Shown here in pieces: positions 25,661-39,567 of a stretch of 64,000 bases of DNA. Numbering within the stretch: position 1 is the first letter of the stretch; the number at the start of each line of letters is the position of its first letter. The stretch spans positions 6,342,399-6,406,398 of the forward strand of contig MU053934.1 of NCBI GenBank assembly GCA_013239625.1, written 5' to 3'. The notes under the pieces are model-generated. The model saw only the letters and a program-made list of their open reading frames with translations. It had not been told where the DNA came from and searched no databases. This DNA comes from Lama guanicoe (Eukaryota). The position numbers and the translations under genes are program-made.

Positions 25661-28069
25661 AAGAGGGGTTTTGTGTTTTACACCTTAGAGGATTCTTGGA
25701 GATCATTGTTTGTCCAGGGAACACATACTGTGAAAGGCGGTGAGAGTATGGAGATAAATCAGATTCTTACCTTTGAAATAGTTTCAGGCTGGTGGATGGT
25801 ATCATGTAGATAACAGGTGATGACACAGTGTGGTCAGTGCTGGGCTAAAGGGAAATACTGCACAGTGAGGGCACAGGACGTGCCTTACAGGCTAGTGTAG
25901 GATGAGTGCGAGGCTGACTGTCAGGGAAGGCTTTCTAGGGGAGGTGCTTGAGCTGGGCTGGAAATATCAAGTGACTTGTTGTAGGTCCTCAGGGCCTGGG
26001 GGCATCAGAAAGGGACTGATCTTGACAGCAGCACAATTTTGTTCTCTGGTATGGACTCATTTCCTGTCCCTGGCCTTATGGCCCATTTCCACCCATGATT
26101 CCCCAAGACTTTCTTCCTTTCAAGGAGCTTATTGTCTATTGTTTTCAAATGTGAGCTGGTCATTGTAGGGTGACCAAGGCCCCAGATGTTTATGCTGTTA
26201 GACTTGGACTCTCTTTTCCTGCCCTCTGGAGCTTGACCAAGACAGATGGTCACAGATCCATGTGGTCTGATCTGATGGCCAGGCATCATGGGGCAGCCAG
26301 CAAATGAGTGAGAGGAGTTGCAGAGACTTCCTCGGGGGAGGGGTGGGGGGCCTTGATTTGAGTGGACTCTCCTTGGTGCCCAGATAATTACAGCACATAT
26401 ATGATATGGCTGTTGATTGTGGGAGATTATGTTCAAGGATTGACCCCCACTGGGCCTGTGCACATGTTGGGGGAAGTTGGGAAATGTAAGGAGACAGAAG
26501 ATGTTCCAGAAGTGGGCCCTGGCCAGGCTCTGTGATTGCTGAGTCTTGTCCTGCCAGCTCATCTATGTACAAGGCTCTGTGCTCTTTATGGACCAGACCT
26601 CTGTCATGTGTAGCACTTATCTCTCTCTGTTGTTAAGTTCCCATTTTCATATCAGTCTTCCCCAGGCTGTGAGTCCTCAAAGGTAGGGACTGTGTCTGGT
26701 TAATCTTTATGCATCCTTCCCCTTGTGGGTTCAAATCCAGTTGAGAAATTAGGAATCAGATGAGAACCAAAGCATCAGATTTACTGCTGACAAACACCAT
26801 AGTAGAATGTAGCTGGGACTTAAGTTCAGAAGGGTTTTTTTTTTTTAATCTGAGATTTTTTTAACTTACAACAGAGATGAAAGAATTTTATAGTGAACAC
26901 TCATACACCTACCATCTACTTTCTACCATTAATGTTTTTCTATACTTGCTTTAGCTTATTGGTCCAAAAGGATTTTTAAACTACCCTCCTTCCCCCGGGT
27001 TAGACCAGGAGCCCATGGGCGGGGAAATTGTGTTTGCATTTCCATAATGTCCATGTGGGGACACTTAGCCAGCTGGCCAAGATATTGAGAGTTTTAGTTC
27101 ATGGGAGCAGGACCTTTAATATCTTAATCCTGCCCTGCCGGCACAGTAGGTGTTATGTTAGCATCTCACCTTTAGATAAATCTCTCTTTGGGTGAGGAAG
27201 AGCCAGTTAGAGGTGGGAAGAAGGGCAAATGCTTTTCTCCCATGTTTCTGAAAGAGCTGAAGTTCTTGTTTTAGCATTCAGAACACAGAGAGGGGGAAAA
27301 TGATTCCCTTATACCCAGCATAAAGCCTGGCGTAGAATTGGTATTCAGTAATGTTTGTTGAATGAATGAATGAGGACACAGGAATGAACATGACACAGTG
27401 CCAGCCGTTTAAGCACTCACAGATTGTAGGAAACACAAAAGATTATAACTAATGGCAAAATGACCTATTACTTGAATCAAGGAAGGCTCCACAGGAAAGG
27501 CTGCATTTGAACTAGCCAGATTTCAGGTACCTGAGAAGAGGCTGGAAGTGCCCACTGGTTGAGTTAATTTTAGATGGGAGAAGGAGAAAGGGCATGGGCC
27601 TAGGATCTGTTTTTGGACCTACTACCCAGGTGTCCTCAGGTCAAGTATTTTCTCTCTGGGCCTCAGTTTTCTCAATTGTAAAATGAGATGAGTAGATTAG
27701 CTCAACCACTTCAAATTATGTGTCTTAAAAGCCCTAGGGGTTCCGAGAAGGAGACTTAGGGGTTGTTAAAGAGGGAGAGTGTTTTCTCTGCCTAATGCCT
27801 TTCACCATTTTTTGAGTGTTAACCCTGTGCCAAGCACTGGATAAACACTCTATATCTATTTCTAATCTAACCCTTTCATCAACCCAAGTAATCTTTTTAT
27901 CCCACTTAGCAAAGTTGAGCAACCTTGGCCAGGTTCCTACAGACAGTAAGTGACTAAGCAGGGATTCAAACCCAAGTCTGCCCCATATCTCAACCACCAG
28001 GCTCTGCCTTCCAAAGCACAGCATGAGGACAACATAGGATTGTTTTGTTTGTTTGCTTTTACATTTAAA

Positions 28070-29335
28070 AAAATTAGTTTTATTGAGATAAGAGTTACAT
28101 GCAATAAAATTCACTGATTTTAAGTGTACAATTAGATGAGTTTTGACAAAAATATACAGTTCTGTAAATACCACCGTAATCATGATATAGAACATTTCCA
28201 TCATTATGAAAAGTTCCCCTATGTCCCTTTGTAGTCAGTCCCCTCTCCCCATCCCTGACCCTTTGCAAACACTGATCTGCTTTCTGTCACTACAGTTTTA
28301 CCATATCTAGAATTCCATATGAATGAAATCATGTAATATTTGGTCTTGTGTGTCTAGTGTCTTTCACTTAACTTAATGCTTTTGAGATTCATTCACATTG
28401 TTGTGTGCATCAGTACTTCATTTCTTTTTGTTGGTGAGTAGTAGCCCATTATAGGGCTGTACTACAATCTGTTTATCCATTCACCTACTAAAAGATATTT
28501 GGGACTTCCAGCTTTTTGGCTATTATGAATAAAGACTAAAATACAGTCTTTGTGTGAATATACACTTTCATTTCTCTTGGGTAAATACCTAGAAATGGGA
28601 TTGCTGGGTCAAATAACATTAGTTTTCTGTTGCTGTGTAACAACATAACCACAAACTTAATGGCCTAACACAATATTCATTTACTATCTCACAATATTCT
28701 ACATCAGAAGTCTGGGTGGGCCTGACCAGTTTCTTTCTTTAGGGTCTCACAAGGCTGAAATCAAGGTATCTGCAAAGCTGGGTGCTTATCTGGGAGATCT
28801 GGGGAAGAATCCACTTCTTCCTTGGGGGCCTCTTTCAGCTCTCTAAGGTTGCCCACATTCTTTCTCACATGGCCTCTCCATCTTCAAACAGTCAAAGACT
28901 GTTGAGTCCTTCTCACACTTGTAGTCTCTCTGGGTCTTCTGCCACCAGCCAGAGAAAACTCTGCTTTTGAAGGACTGGTGTGATTAGATTGGATCCACTC
29001 AGTCTCCCTTTGCCATGTATTATAACCTAATCACAGGCTTAACATCTGGGAGCAAAGTTCATGGGACCATCTTAAAATTCTGCCTACCACATATGGTATG
29101 TATGTTTAACTTTATAAGAAACCATCTCAAACTGTTTTCCAAACTGGCTGCACCATTTTGCCTTCCCACCAGAAGTATATGAGAGTTCCAGTTGCTTCAC
29201 ATTCTAGACATGGTATTGTCAGTCAAGTTTAGCTATTGGTGAGTGTGGTATCTCAAGGTGGCTTTAATTTGCATTTCCCTAATAACTAATAAGTTCTTTT
29301 CATATGCTTATTAGAGCATAAAATTTAATTTGATG
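28070..29335 (-). mobile_element. Old L1M 3' fragment interrupted by an MLT1-type LTR (~28615-29091)
   Basis: L1 text ...attgctgggtc resumes as atatggta after a block running from attagttttctgttgctg to ctgcctaccaca. Confidence 0.75.
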
Positions 29336-29699
29336 AAAGGTTCTGCTGCTTTAAAAAAAAAAGATCTTCACACATTGGCTTAGATAAACTGTGGGGCTCT
29401 TACAGAGTCTGTAATCTGTGAATCTCTTACTAGGGCCCAGGGCCCACCCTTTTCTGAAACAAAACAGTCTCTCAGAGGTAGATAGATCATCAGGACAAGC
29501 ACTGTGCCATCTGTGTAGGTGAGATGAAACCAACAAACATTTTTCATTATCTGCAGAGCCACAATCCCAAATCTGAAATTCTGAAATCCAAATTATTTTA
29601 AAAACCAAATGTTTTTTCCTTGGTTGACATCAAAACCCATCGGTAGCAAAACCTGACATAAACTTCTGTGGGCTTTTTGTTTTTGTTGTTTTCTTGCAG

Positions 29700-29781
29700 A
29701 AGGACCCTCTGTTGTCCTATGCCTGTGTTGGCTGCCTGGAGGCCTTGCTTGACTACCTCCACGCCCGGAGCCCAGACGTCG
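29700..29781 (+). CDS. MEI1: MEI1 coding exon ([27 protein letters not shown])
   Basis: T-rich tract with TGCAG acceptor and G|GTAGAA donor. 82 nt. Confidence 0.92.
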
Positions 29782-30235
29782 GTAGAAACCCTCCCCATTC
29801 TCTGCTGTTCCCCTGGAGAATATTGGAGGGGGCCAGCACCTGCCATCCTCCCACCCCAGATGCCTATCCCCTGTTCTGTGATTCACATTCATTTTCTTTT
29901 AACAATACTGCAAGGGCACTGCCATGCTCGTCATACAAATGAGGACACTGGATATGGTTCAGGGAGGTCAAGCAACTTGCCCCAACCAAGGTCACAAAGC
30001 TCTTAAGTGGCAGGGCTCTTCCTGTTGCCTGCCTCCCACAACAGTGGGATATGTGGTCTCCCTGAGCCAGGCAGCATAGGTGGATAGAAGCCCAGGGAAA
30101 AAAGAAACCTTCTGGGGTCAGCTTGTCCAATGCCCTACCTTTAGCTGAGCAACCCTTTTTTGAGCCAATAAGAGAAAGTCCTCTTTATCAATGTTTCAAG
30201 GCCTTTAGAAAGGTAGCATTAACAACCCAGGGTGA

Positions 30236-30454
<219 letters not shown>

Positions 30455-31351
30455 TAAGAAGGTAGAGGGGCTAGGTGGGCCTTTACCCTACAAGAGGCTA
30501 GATCAGTGAATTCCTCTAAATGCCCACATCTCCTCAGCTCCAAAGACCTGGACATTCTTCTGTGTACACTCACTCATGAAACATTGACCAGGGGCTGCCT
30601 GCCACATGGTAGATCTTAGGCTGGGTACCAAAGACGTCACTGAGACAAATGTTCTGCTTTAATGGTCCCTCAGTCTAGAGAAGGAGATAGACAAGGAAAC
30701 TAATAGTTAAAATGTGATTTTACTAATGGAAGAGTAGAAGATAGCTAAGTGCCTATTGAACAAACAACAAAGCGGTGAGTCTGTGAATGACAATGGGATC
30801 AATGAGTAAATCAATGGTTGGTGTTGGAACACAGAAAAGAGTCACTGCTTCTGCCAGAGCTGGGAGAGGGGGGTGAATAAGAATGTAGTAAGTACTCAGT
30901 TAATGTCTGTATTTCTTTAATAAAATGAAAGAACATTCAGCAGTGAAGGTAACATATTAGCTGAGGCTTAGAGGATTAATAGGCAGAGAAGGAAGTTTCC
31001 AGATATTGAAGTGAGAACAGCAGGTATACAAGCATATGGTGGTATGTTTGGATAACCACACATAGTCTAGTGTGAGGTGCAAGGCTGAGGGTCAGGGTCA
31101 GGGTAGGGAGGTAGGGAGACTGAAGGGGTCAGCAGGGCCAGCTCTCAATGTCCTGCAGTCCTCATTTACCTCACTCGTCTGTGTCACAACCCCACACCTG
31201 CCTATGAACTCTGAGCTTCTTTAAGGCAGGGTTCTGTGGGCTTCAGATCTGTGTCCCCAGGCCAGTGCTGAGCATGGCAGGGACACAAGAAATGTCTGAA
31301 TGAAGGCAATGCCAAATCACTGCATGTCTGGGGCCTCTCTCCCTGGGCTAG

Positions 31352-31483
31352 TTTTTGCGGTTCTGGAGCAGCAGCATCCTCTCTTGTGAAGAGGTGGGTC
31401 ACGTTCTGCATGGCGCGGCTTTGGCTGACCTCTCTACCCTCTCGAACAGCACACTCCAGGCTCTGCGTGGCTTCTTCCTGCAG
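31352..31483 (+). CDS. MEI1: MEI1 coding exon ([16 protein letters not shown]...RGFFLQ)
   Basis: GCTAG acceptor and CAG|GTGGGT donor. 132 nt. Confidence 0.88.
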
Positions 31484-31663
31484 GTGGGTGGGAAGGGGAT
31501 GCCATTTAGCCACTGTGAGGCTTGATCCCTCTATACCGTCTTCTTTGTGGACGGTAGGAACTCTGGCCATAGCAGCCAGTCAGGATTGCAGTGGGTGGAG
31601 GGTAGAGAGGGCCTGTATGGAGTGGGCACTGAGAAAGCCTTCCCTACCCTCCTCTCCCCTCAG

Positions 31664-31776
31664 GTCCAGAGCATGGGCCTTCTGGCTGATCACAGCATGG
31701 CCCAGACCCTGCAGGCTTCCCTGGAGGGCCTTTCCCCCAGGGCCTCCAAGGCCCCGCCACCTCTGCAGGACATGCT
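31664..31776 (+). CDS. MEI1: MEI1 penultimate coding exon ([12 protein letters not shown]...PLQDML)
   Basis: CTCAG acceptor, ends at CT|GTATCCTTAC. Phase 2 joins the terminal exon to give DMLCLGGVAVSLSHIR, as in recalled human MEI1. Confidence 0.9.
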
Positions 31777-32466
31777 GTATCCTTACTTGCGTCTGGGAGG
31801 TTTAGCCACCCAGCTATGGGAGGCTGTGGCATCATGCTTCAGGATAGAGAAGTGCACTGTCTATGCCCTGTCCTCTAAAGCAAGCAGGGGATGGTGAGAA
31901 TAGTTAACAATGGTAGTAGTAACAATGACTTATTCTGTTTATTAAGTCCCTATCAAGGGCCAGTCACATTACATGCACCGTATCTAATCTTCACTGTAGC
32001 TAGGAATGTTAAGACAGCTGTAACTTAGACCAGAGAGGTTAAAAGAAGGGCCCAGAATCACAGTGATAGCATCAGGATTTGACCCCAGTGGGTGCTGGGT
32101 GACTGGCTTTTCTCTGAGAAAGCCTGGGGCTGTGGGCAGTGGTCACAGGCCCTCTGAGGGGTTGTTGTGGTGATCCAGAGACCCTTTGGTGTAGAGATGT
32201 GTGTGTTGGGGGGAGGGTGCCTCCTCCTCACCCCTACTAGCTGCCACCCTGGCTCTACTTCTTCCTCCTTCCATGAAACAGTTCCCTGAAGTATAGCAAC
32301 TACCTAGCCCAGGTGTTCAGGTCCCAATTTTAATATCCATCCCACTATTTTCAGGAGCACCTCTGCTCTTGTCTGACCATTTTTGTCCCTTCTGGGCCCT
32401 GGGACTGTGGTTCTCCCATGGTTGGTCCCACCTGTTTGCTGTTCTCCTCTCATGTTTTGCTACCAG

Positions 32467-32512
32467 CTGCCTAGGAGGGGTGGCTGTATCCCTGTCCCAC
32501 ATCAGAGACTGA
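32467..32512 (+). CDS. MEI1: MEI1 terminal coding exon (CLGGVAVSLSHIRD*)
   Basis: ACCAG acceptor, stop TGA at 32510-32512. Confidence 0.9.
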
Positions 32513-32654
32513 CCCTCAGGAACTGAAAGCCCAGAAATGGAGAGAACTGAAACCTGGAGAAGACAAAGTCTGGGCACAATGGTTTGAGGAAAATGGATTA
32601 CAATTGCAGCTATTCATCTGGAGCCATTTCTCCATTGTTGAAATAGAATCAGGA

Positions 32655-32660
32655 AATAAA
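32655..32660 (+). terminator. MEI1 polyadenylation signal
   Basis: First AATAAA, about 140 nt after the stop codon. Confidence 0.7.
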
Positions 32661-33444
32661 ATGATACACTCACATGCCTGTGTGAGCTCTCCAAAAACAT
32701 TTCAACTTGGCTCCCTCTAGCTGGCTCCTCAGCCAGTATGGATGGCCTTCTCAAGAAGAGAAGGGGCATGGGACTTGTTCTGGTAACACCAGCACCAGCT
32801 GGTTGCTTAAGTTGAAAACACCCATAAGGCCATCCTCCTGGATGGAGGGGTAGAGAAAGGTGCTGCTGTGATCCAAGTGCTCTGGGAGTTACTTTACCTG
32901 CTACCTCACCTCAGGTGAAGGTGGAGAGAGGTACAGTTTTCAGGCAAGGAAGGTGAGCAGGTCGAGACCGTCTCAGCCTTCCCAGCTGAGGGAACTGTTC
33001 CAGTGCAGCCCTGCCCTGAATAAAGTTGGTCCCCTGTGTTTCTTTCCCTCCCGGTCCTACTCAGACCTTGCATTTGTGTACCCACATGTGCGGTTCTTTT
33101 AATGTCTGCCCTCCACAACGGCCGGCTCCTGTTCTGAGCTCAGCTCACAGGGACCTTTAGCTGCCTTCCCGCCTGTCTGCCAGGACCCTGGTGCCTTTAA
33201 CTGGCTAGCCCTTCCTCGGGTCTGGCTCTACTGACTCTACACAAAACTGGGCTGAACTCCATCCGAACGGTTGGACAGGGAAGGACCCGATGAACTTGGT
33301 TTAGAACTTTGTGGGCCGGAGGGGCAAGCAGCAGGGATTACCCCAACTCTGCACTGCACGTTACTTGAAAAAAATGTTAGTCACTACCCACTAAACTGAT
33401 CTTGCCAACTGCAGTTTAAAAAACACTCAGCTGACTAAACAGTT

Positions 33445-34075
33445 TCGAGGAGGGCGCGGGGAAGGTCGCCCGGCCGACAGGGGTCAAAGCTCCAGTATAC
33501 TGACGCGACCTTTACGTTAGGAAGAGACTTCAGGCTGACTCCTCCAACCCGACCTTAACACGTGCGCCGAGTCTCTTCGCAGGGTGGGCGGGACTAGGCT
33601 CCGGCCGACAGCGCGCAGGATACGCGCCGGAGCCTACGGGGCAGGGCCGGAAATGAGGCCAGGGAGCGGCCGTCGCGGCCCGCGCTCATTGGTCCGGCGG
33701 CGCGGTGGGCAGGGCGGCACTCGGTGGTTCCTGAGCTGCTGTTCACGGTACTCAGCTTCCGCGCTTCTGCTAGTCGGTCGCGCATCCTGAAGTCGAGCTG
33801 TACACCGACCGTCTGCCTACAGGGACCGAGGGATCAGAACCGGCTGCTGCGGGTGGGAGGTGGTATTGACAGACCTAGCTAGACATCTCTCCTCATTGGA
33901 AAGACTCTCCTCCCGGTGCCCTAAAGGATCGGGGCAGCACCCTGGTCCGCGAGACCGGGTACCCAGCTCAGGACCCACCACCGCGCCACTCTTGCAGAAT
34001 AAGTTCAGAGTCGCATGCCGAGCCGAGAAGAGCTGTGGGGATTCATCGGGAGGGGAGCGGGATTGAGAGGCCGGA
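33445..34075 (+). promoter_or_regulatory. CCDC134: CpG-island promoter and probable non-coding first exon of CCDC134
   Basis: CpG-dense. E-box CACGTG at 33559-33564, GC box at ~33586, ETS-like CCGGAAAT at 33647-33654, inverted CCAAT at 33688-33692. Exon 1 boundaries cannot be determined from the sequence. Confidence 0.8.
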
Positions 34076-35394
34076 GAAGTGGGAGTTAACAGTAGAGGAA
34101 GCAGAATCTGCCCCCACGCAGTCTTTTTCGGCTTTCTTTACCCGCTTCTTCCCTGCTTCAGTCATTACTGGCTGTCTGATATCTCCTGGCCCCAAGTTCT
34201 GCCTTAACCAGGGTTTGGTTCTGTTGTATTTGGAGTGTGACATTGGAAGGTAGGGGTTCTGGGTGAACTTGAACTACTTCCCATCTCTAGGCTTCAGTTG
34301 TCTCATCTGCGTTGGGTAGAGGCGGTCCTCTGTTGACCTCTGCGGGATCTCACTGTCCATAACTGAGCATGTCTCCCTTGGGGCAGATGTCCTGGTAGAA
34401 CAGTGGCCAGCTCTGAGATAGCCTATGTGCATTCAGACTCTTGGTTTAGCCTGGGAATCGATGAGTGTCTTTGGGCAGTCACCTCATTTTTCTGTGCCTC
34501 GGTCTCCACATTGGTAAAACTGGGCAGCTGTCATCCGAGTTGAGGCCTCCTCTGACTGCTGTATTTAACATTTCACCTCGCTGACTCCTTCTCATCCTTC
34601 TGTGCTTGTTTTACAAGTTTATTAATTGTCTCTTAACCTATAGGTGCAGGGAATTTTGTTTGTTTGATTCACCGCTGTATTCCAAGCTCTAGAACATGAT
34701 AGGTACTCAAATAATTGGGGAATGCTGCCTGAATAGGCACAGTTGTTACTTGTGGTGCCTCTGGTTCCAAAGAGTGAGTAGCAGCCCTCTTACCCCAAGA
34801 CTGCCTTGTTTCCCTTTCCGCCTTGCATCCCTTCTTCCTTTCTGATGACAGAAGTCAGGGATGAGGGAAACCCCAGAAGTTTCACATCTCTGACTGCCTG
34901 GGCCTCCTTAATTAGGTACCTTCCTGAGAAGCCAGGATGGGGGAATTGAGAGGGAATGATACTGACCAGGCCCTCCTTCCCCAGGCACAGTGTCTCACCC
35001 AGTCCTCCCTCCCTGCAACAGGGAGGTGATCTTATTCCTATTTTGCAGAGAGGCTGAGCAATTTGCTGGAGATCCTGCAATAAAGCAGAGCCAGGGCTCC
35101 AGCACAGAGCTCCAGACATTGATCCCTGTTCCCTAAACATGCTCCCATTGCTGACGTTTATCTTCCTCCTTCCTTCCTACCATCCCACGTCTTTACTGTG
35201 TGTTTGTTGGTCACAGGCCCTGGGCTAGGGACTGGGTGGAAAACAGGGATTCCCAAAGCTGGGCTCTTGGTATTCGGAGTCGGTGCTATGTCAGGAGAAG
35301 TTGCTCTTCGCCTCACTTTCTGTTTTATATAACACCAAGCTTTGAGTCTCACCTTCTTTCTCTGGATTACTCCCCTAGCTCTAGGGTCTTGGAT

Positions 35395-35497
35395 ATGGAC
35401 TTTCTGCAGTTCCTGGCCTTCCTCTCTGTCCTGCTTCTGTCTGGAACAGGAGTCACAGGTACTCTGAGGACCTCCCTGGACCCGAGCCTGGAGATCT
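35395..35497 (+). CDS. CCDC134: CCDC134 first coding exon, signal peptide ([22 protein letters not shown]...SLEI)
   Basis: ATG in GATATGG context just after acceptor(s) at 35378 and 35384. Hydrophobic N-terminus, ends at a U12 donor GTATCCTTT. Confidence 0.93.
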
Positions 35498-36385
<888 letters not shown>

Positions 36386-36555
36386 TAGTCTTTGATCTGG
36401 GCACTGATGGATGAGTAGGATTTCCCTAAGGGGATAGTGTTCAATGAGGGGAGCTGCATGCACAGCAGATTTGAAGTAGTGTTTAAGTAAATGGGGCTGG
36501 GGCCGGTCTGGGAAGACCTTTGCAAAGCCACTCAGCCCAGGTGGGGTTCCCTCAG

Positions 36556-36640
36556 GTGCTGGAGGACTCCCGGACAGTGCTCATTGCTGCAGATGTGCTC
36601 CCAGATGGCCCCTTCCCCCAGGACGAGAAACTGAAAGATG
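36556..36640 (+). CDS. CCDC134: CCDC134 coding exon ([13 protein letters not shown]...EKLKD)
   Basis: CTCAG acceptor and G|GTATGG donor. 85 nt. Confidence 0.95.
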
Positions 36641-38427
36641 GTATGGTCTTCCTGATCTTGCCTTCTCCCCTTCCACCACCTTGATATTCTCTAGCTGCTT
36701 CTTCCCTCCTATTCTTGTCACTTTTTTTCCTCTGGAAGTACCCTCTTGTGGCACCTTCTAAGCGGTCCCCGTGGGTGGATGGGCACTTAGTATATGATTT
36801 TCCAAGTGTTTCTGGGCTCCTTTCAGAGCCAGTTTCTATGTCCCTGACACAGATATATTCTAAAATGCTGTCCTGTGCTCGGGGCAGGGGAATCAGGGAG
36901 GAGCCTTTGCCCACTGCTACTCCAGGAATCCTTGCCTTCTTCACCACTCTGACCCTTCTGGTAGAGAAAGCAAGGGTTGTTCCCATTTATAGGAGAAAAA
37001 ACTCAGGGCTATTGAACTGTCTGCCCCACGGGAGTAGTTAACAGCACTCCTTACTACTGTTCTAAAAGCCTCAACCCCCTTAAATCTTTTTGAGAAGAGA
37101 TGGGACCTATATAAATAAAAGACTATCCTGTGTTCCTTCATCTTTTCTTCCAAGAATTTCTCTCCAGTGGTAATTTCTCCCCATTAACTGGTTATATTCT
37201 AACAAGATTTTTTAGGTTACACTAAGACAGGACGAAAGTAGCCTTTACATACTGAGTGTTGGGCGCTTTACAAATATAATCTCTAATCTCCACTATAACT
37301 GAGGAAGGCATTATTACCTCTGGTTTCCCGATGAAAGAGGACAGGTGGTTTGCCCTGGCTCTTACCTATAAACCAAGTGAATTCCTGAATTCTTTGCAGT
37401 TCAAGATTGTTCTGAAGCCAGGGATCCCTACCCTACTTATCTTAGCCCTAACCTGGTGTATCTTTGGAGGAGCCCACTTATCTCTCTGATGTGGCCATTG
37501 CTGGTGAGAGCTGACTGGGCCTTATCTATAGCAGTCACTCAAATAGGGGCTGCCACCAGGGGTGGGTGTATAGTTACTATTCTTTATGCTAGCCTGGGTC
37601 AGGGGGACCTGCCACCATCATGGACAGTAAACTCAGTCTACACTGATCTGTTGACTGGAGGAAGGATATTAGTGGGATAACTGGCCAAATTTAAATGAGG
37701 CCTATGGATTAGTTAATAGTATTGTATCAGTGTTAATTTCCTGGTTTAGATAGTTGTACAGTGGTTATGTAGGATGATAACAGAGGAAGCTGAGTGAAGG
37801 AATTTTATGGTGTATTATGTAAGTCTAAAAGTATTAAAAAAATTTCAAAGTAAGAACTTAAGCATTTAAAATAAAATAAAATTGGACATATACTAAAAAG
37901 AAAACAAACCCTGACCCCTGGCCATGTTCCCTGGCCATCCTAACAGAACTGACCCCTCATAGACCCTGTAGTTGTGGTTAACACCAGGGCCCAGCTCTGG
38001 ACATTAGGATACCAAGTTGCGGAGGTTGGGCCCAGCAAAGCCTCATGAGATGCATATGCCTCCATGTGCAAAATGACACCCACCTCTCTGGTCCCCATGG
38101 CAAACGAGACTTCTAATCTGTGAGGTACAGGGGAAGAATTAAGGTGTTTGGAGTCCGACAGACCTGGGTTTGCACCTGAGGTTTGCTGCTTACTAGCTGA
38201 CAACTTCAGTTTCCTGTCTGTAAAATGGGCATAGCAGCCACATCTCCCTCTAAAGGTGGTTTTGATGATTCGGTGGTGGTGGACATAAAGCCCTTAGCAT
38301 GCACTGCACATGTGGTCAGCAGTCTGATTAGTGGTCTTGCCCCTGTTCTCCAGAGGGTGCACAGGGCTGGTTAGGAAGGCTGTAGAAGGGCACCTCCCCT
38401 GACCACTCATCAGGGTCCTCTCGCCAG

Positions 38428-38609
38428 CTTTCTCCCAAGTGGTGGAGAACACGGCCTTCTTCGGTGATGTGGTGCTGCGCTTCCCAAAGATTGTGCACCA
38501 CTACTTTGACCACAACTCCAACTGGAACCTTCTCATCCGCTGGGGCATCAGCTTCTGCAACCAGTCGGGCGTCTTTGACCAGGGGCCCCACTCGCCCATC
38601 CTCAGCCTG
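38428..38609 (+). CDS. CCDC134: CCDC134 coding exon ([20 protein letters not shown]...PILSL), includes an NQS sequon
   Basis: GCCAG acceptor and CTG|GTAAGG donor. 182 nt. Confidence 0.96.
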
Positions 38610-38849
38610 GTAAGGACTGGGGTGAAGGAGATCTGGGAGCCCTCTCTCTGGTAATGTGCCATGAGCCATGCATCTGCCTTCAGTGGGGCCTGGATGTCGG
38701 CCCTGGTTCTATTTTTTGTGATAAGTCTCCTTGAGGTGCCATTTCAAGGGGCTCTGTGCTGACCTGGGTACCCAGGGGTCATCACCTGGCTTAAGGCTTG
38801 GAGGGAGTGGCCTGTGGGTGAGCAGGAGGCAGGAGAAGGCGGAGGATGA

Positions 38850-38984
<135 letters not shown>

Positions 38985-39567
38985 TGAGCTGTGGGAGGCC
39001 AGGGTCTTCAGGGGCTGGGGCACCTAGGGTGGAGCGTGAGGGCGGACTTGGAGTCAGACATGCCTGTATCTGGGTCCAGGAACTGTCACTCACTCACTGA
39101 TGCCTTTGGGCAAGCTACTGGCTTTGTTTTAGCCTCAGCTCCCCGTCTGTTCATGGGGTGTGGACCTCAGCCATGAGGGGCGGTCAGAGGCTGTGAATAC
39201 ATCCATACCAGTGCACAATAGGCACGATTCACAGCAGGTGAATGTCAGGGAAACCAGGGGAGGTCAGGCCATGCCTCTCTGCCCTTGAGCCTCAGAGCAC
39301 CTAGCTGGGCTTCTGCCCCATATTTCTGCACATGTTCTCATCCTGGGGGCTGAAGTGGTGTAGTCTCTGAGGGCTGGAGGCTACAAGGGTAGCCGGACAG
39401 AGGGGGACACACAGTAGAGGGAAGGAAGAGATCAGAGGTGGCAGAGCAGGAACAGAAGGGCAGAAAGGAAAGGCTAGAGGACTGGCCCTCCCCAGGTGTA
39501 GGGAGGAGCGCCAGGGTCCATGAGAGGGGGAGGATTTTACCCAGCTTTCAGGATAACAAGCTAGACT

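Noticed and set aside
26005..26562. 185-aa minus-strand ORF, the longest in the track
   Set aside because: No recognisable domain, non-ATG start, no supporting gene structure, and it lies antisense in a MEI1 intron.
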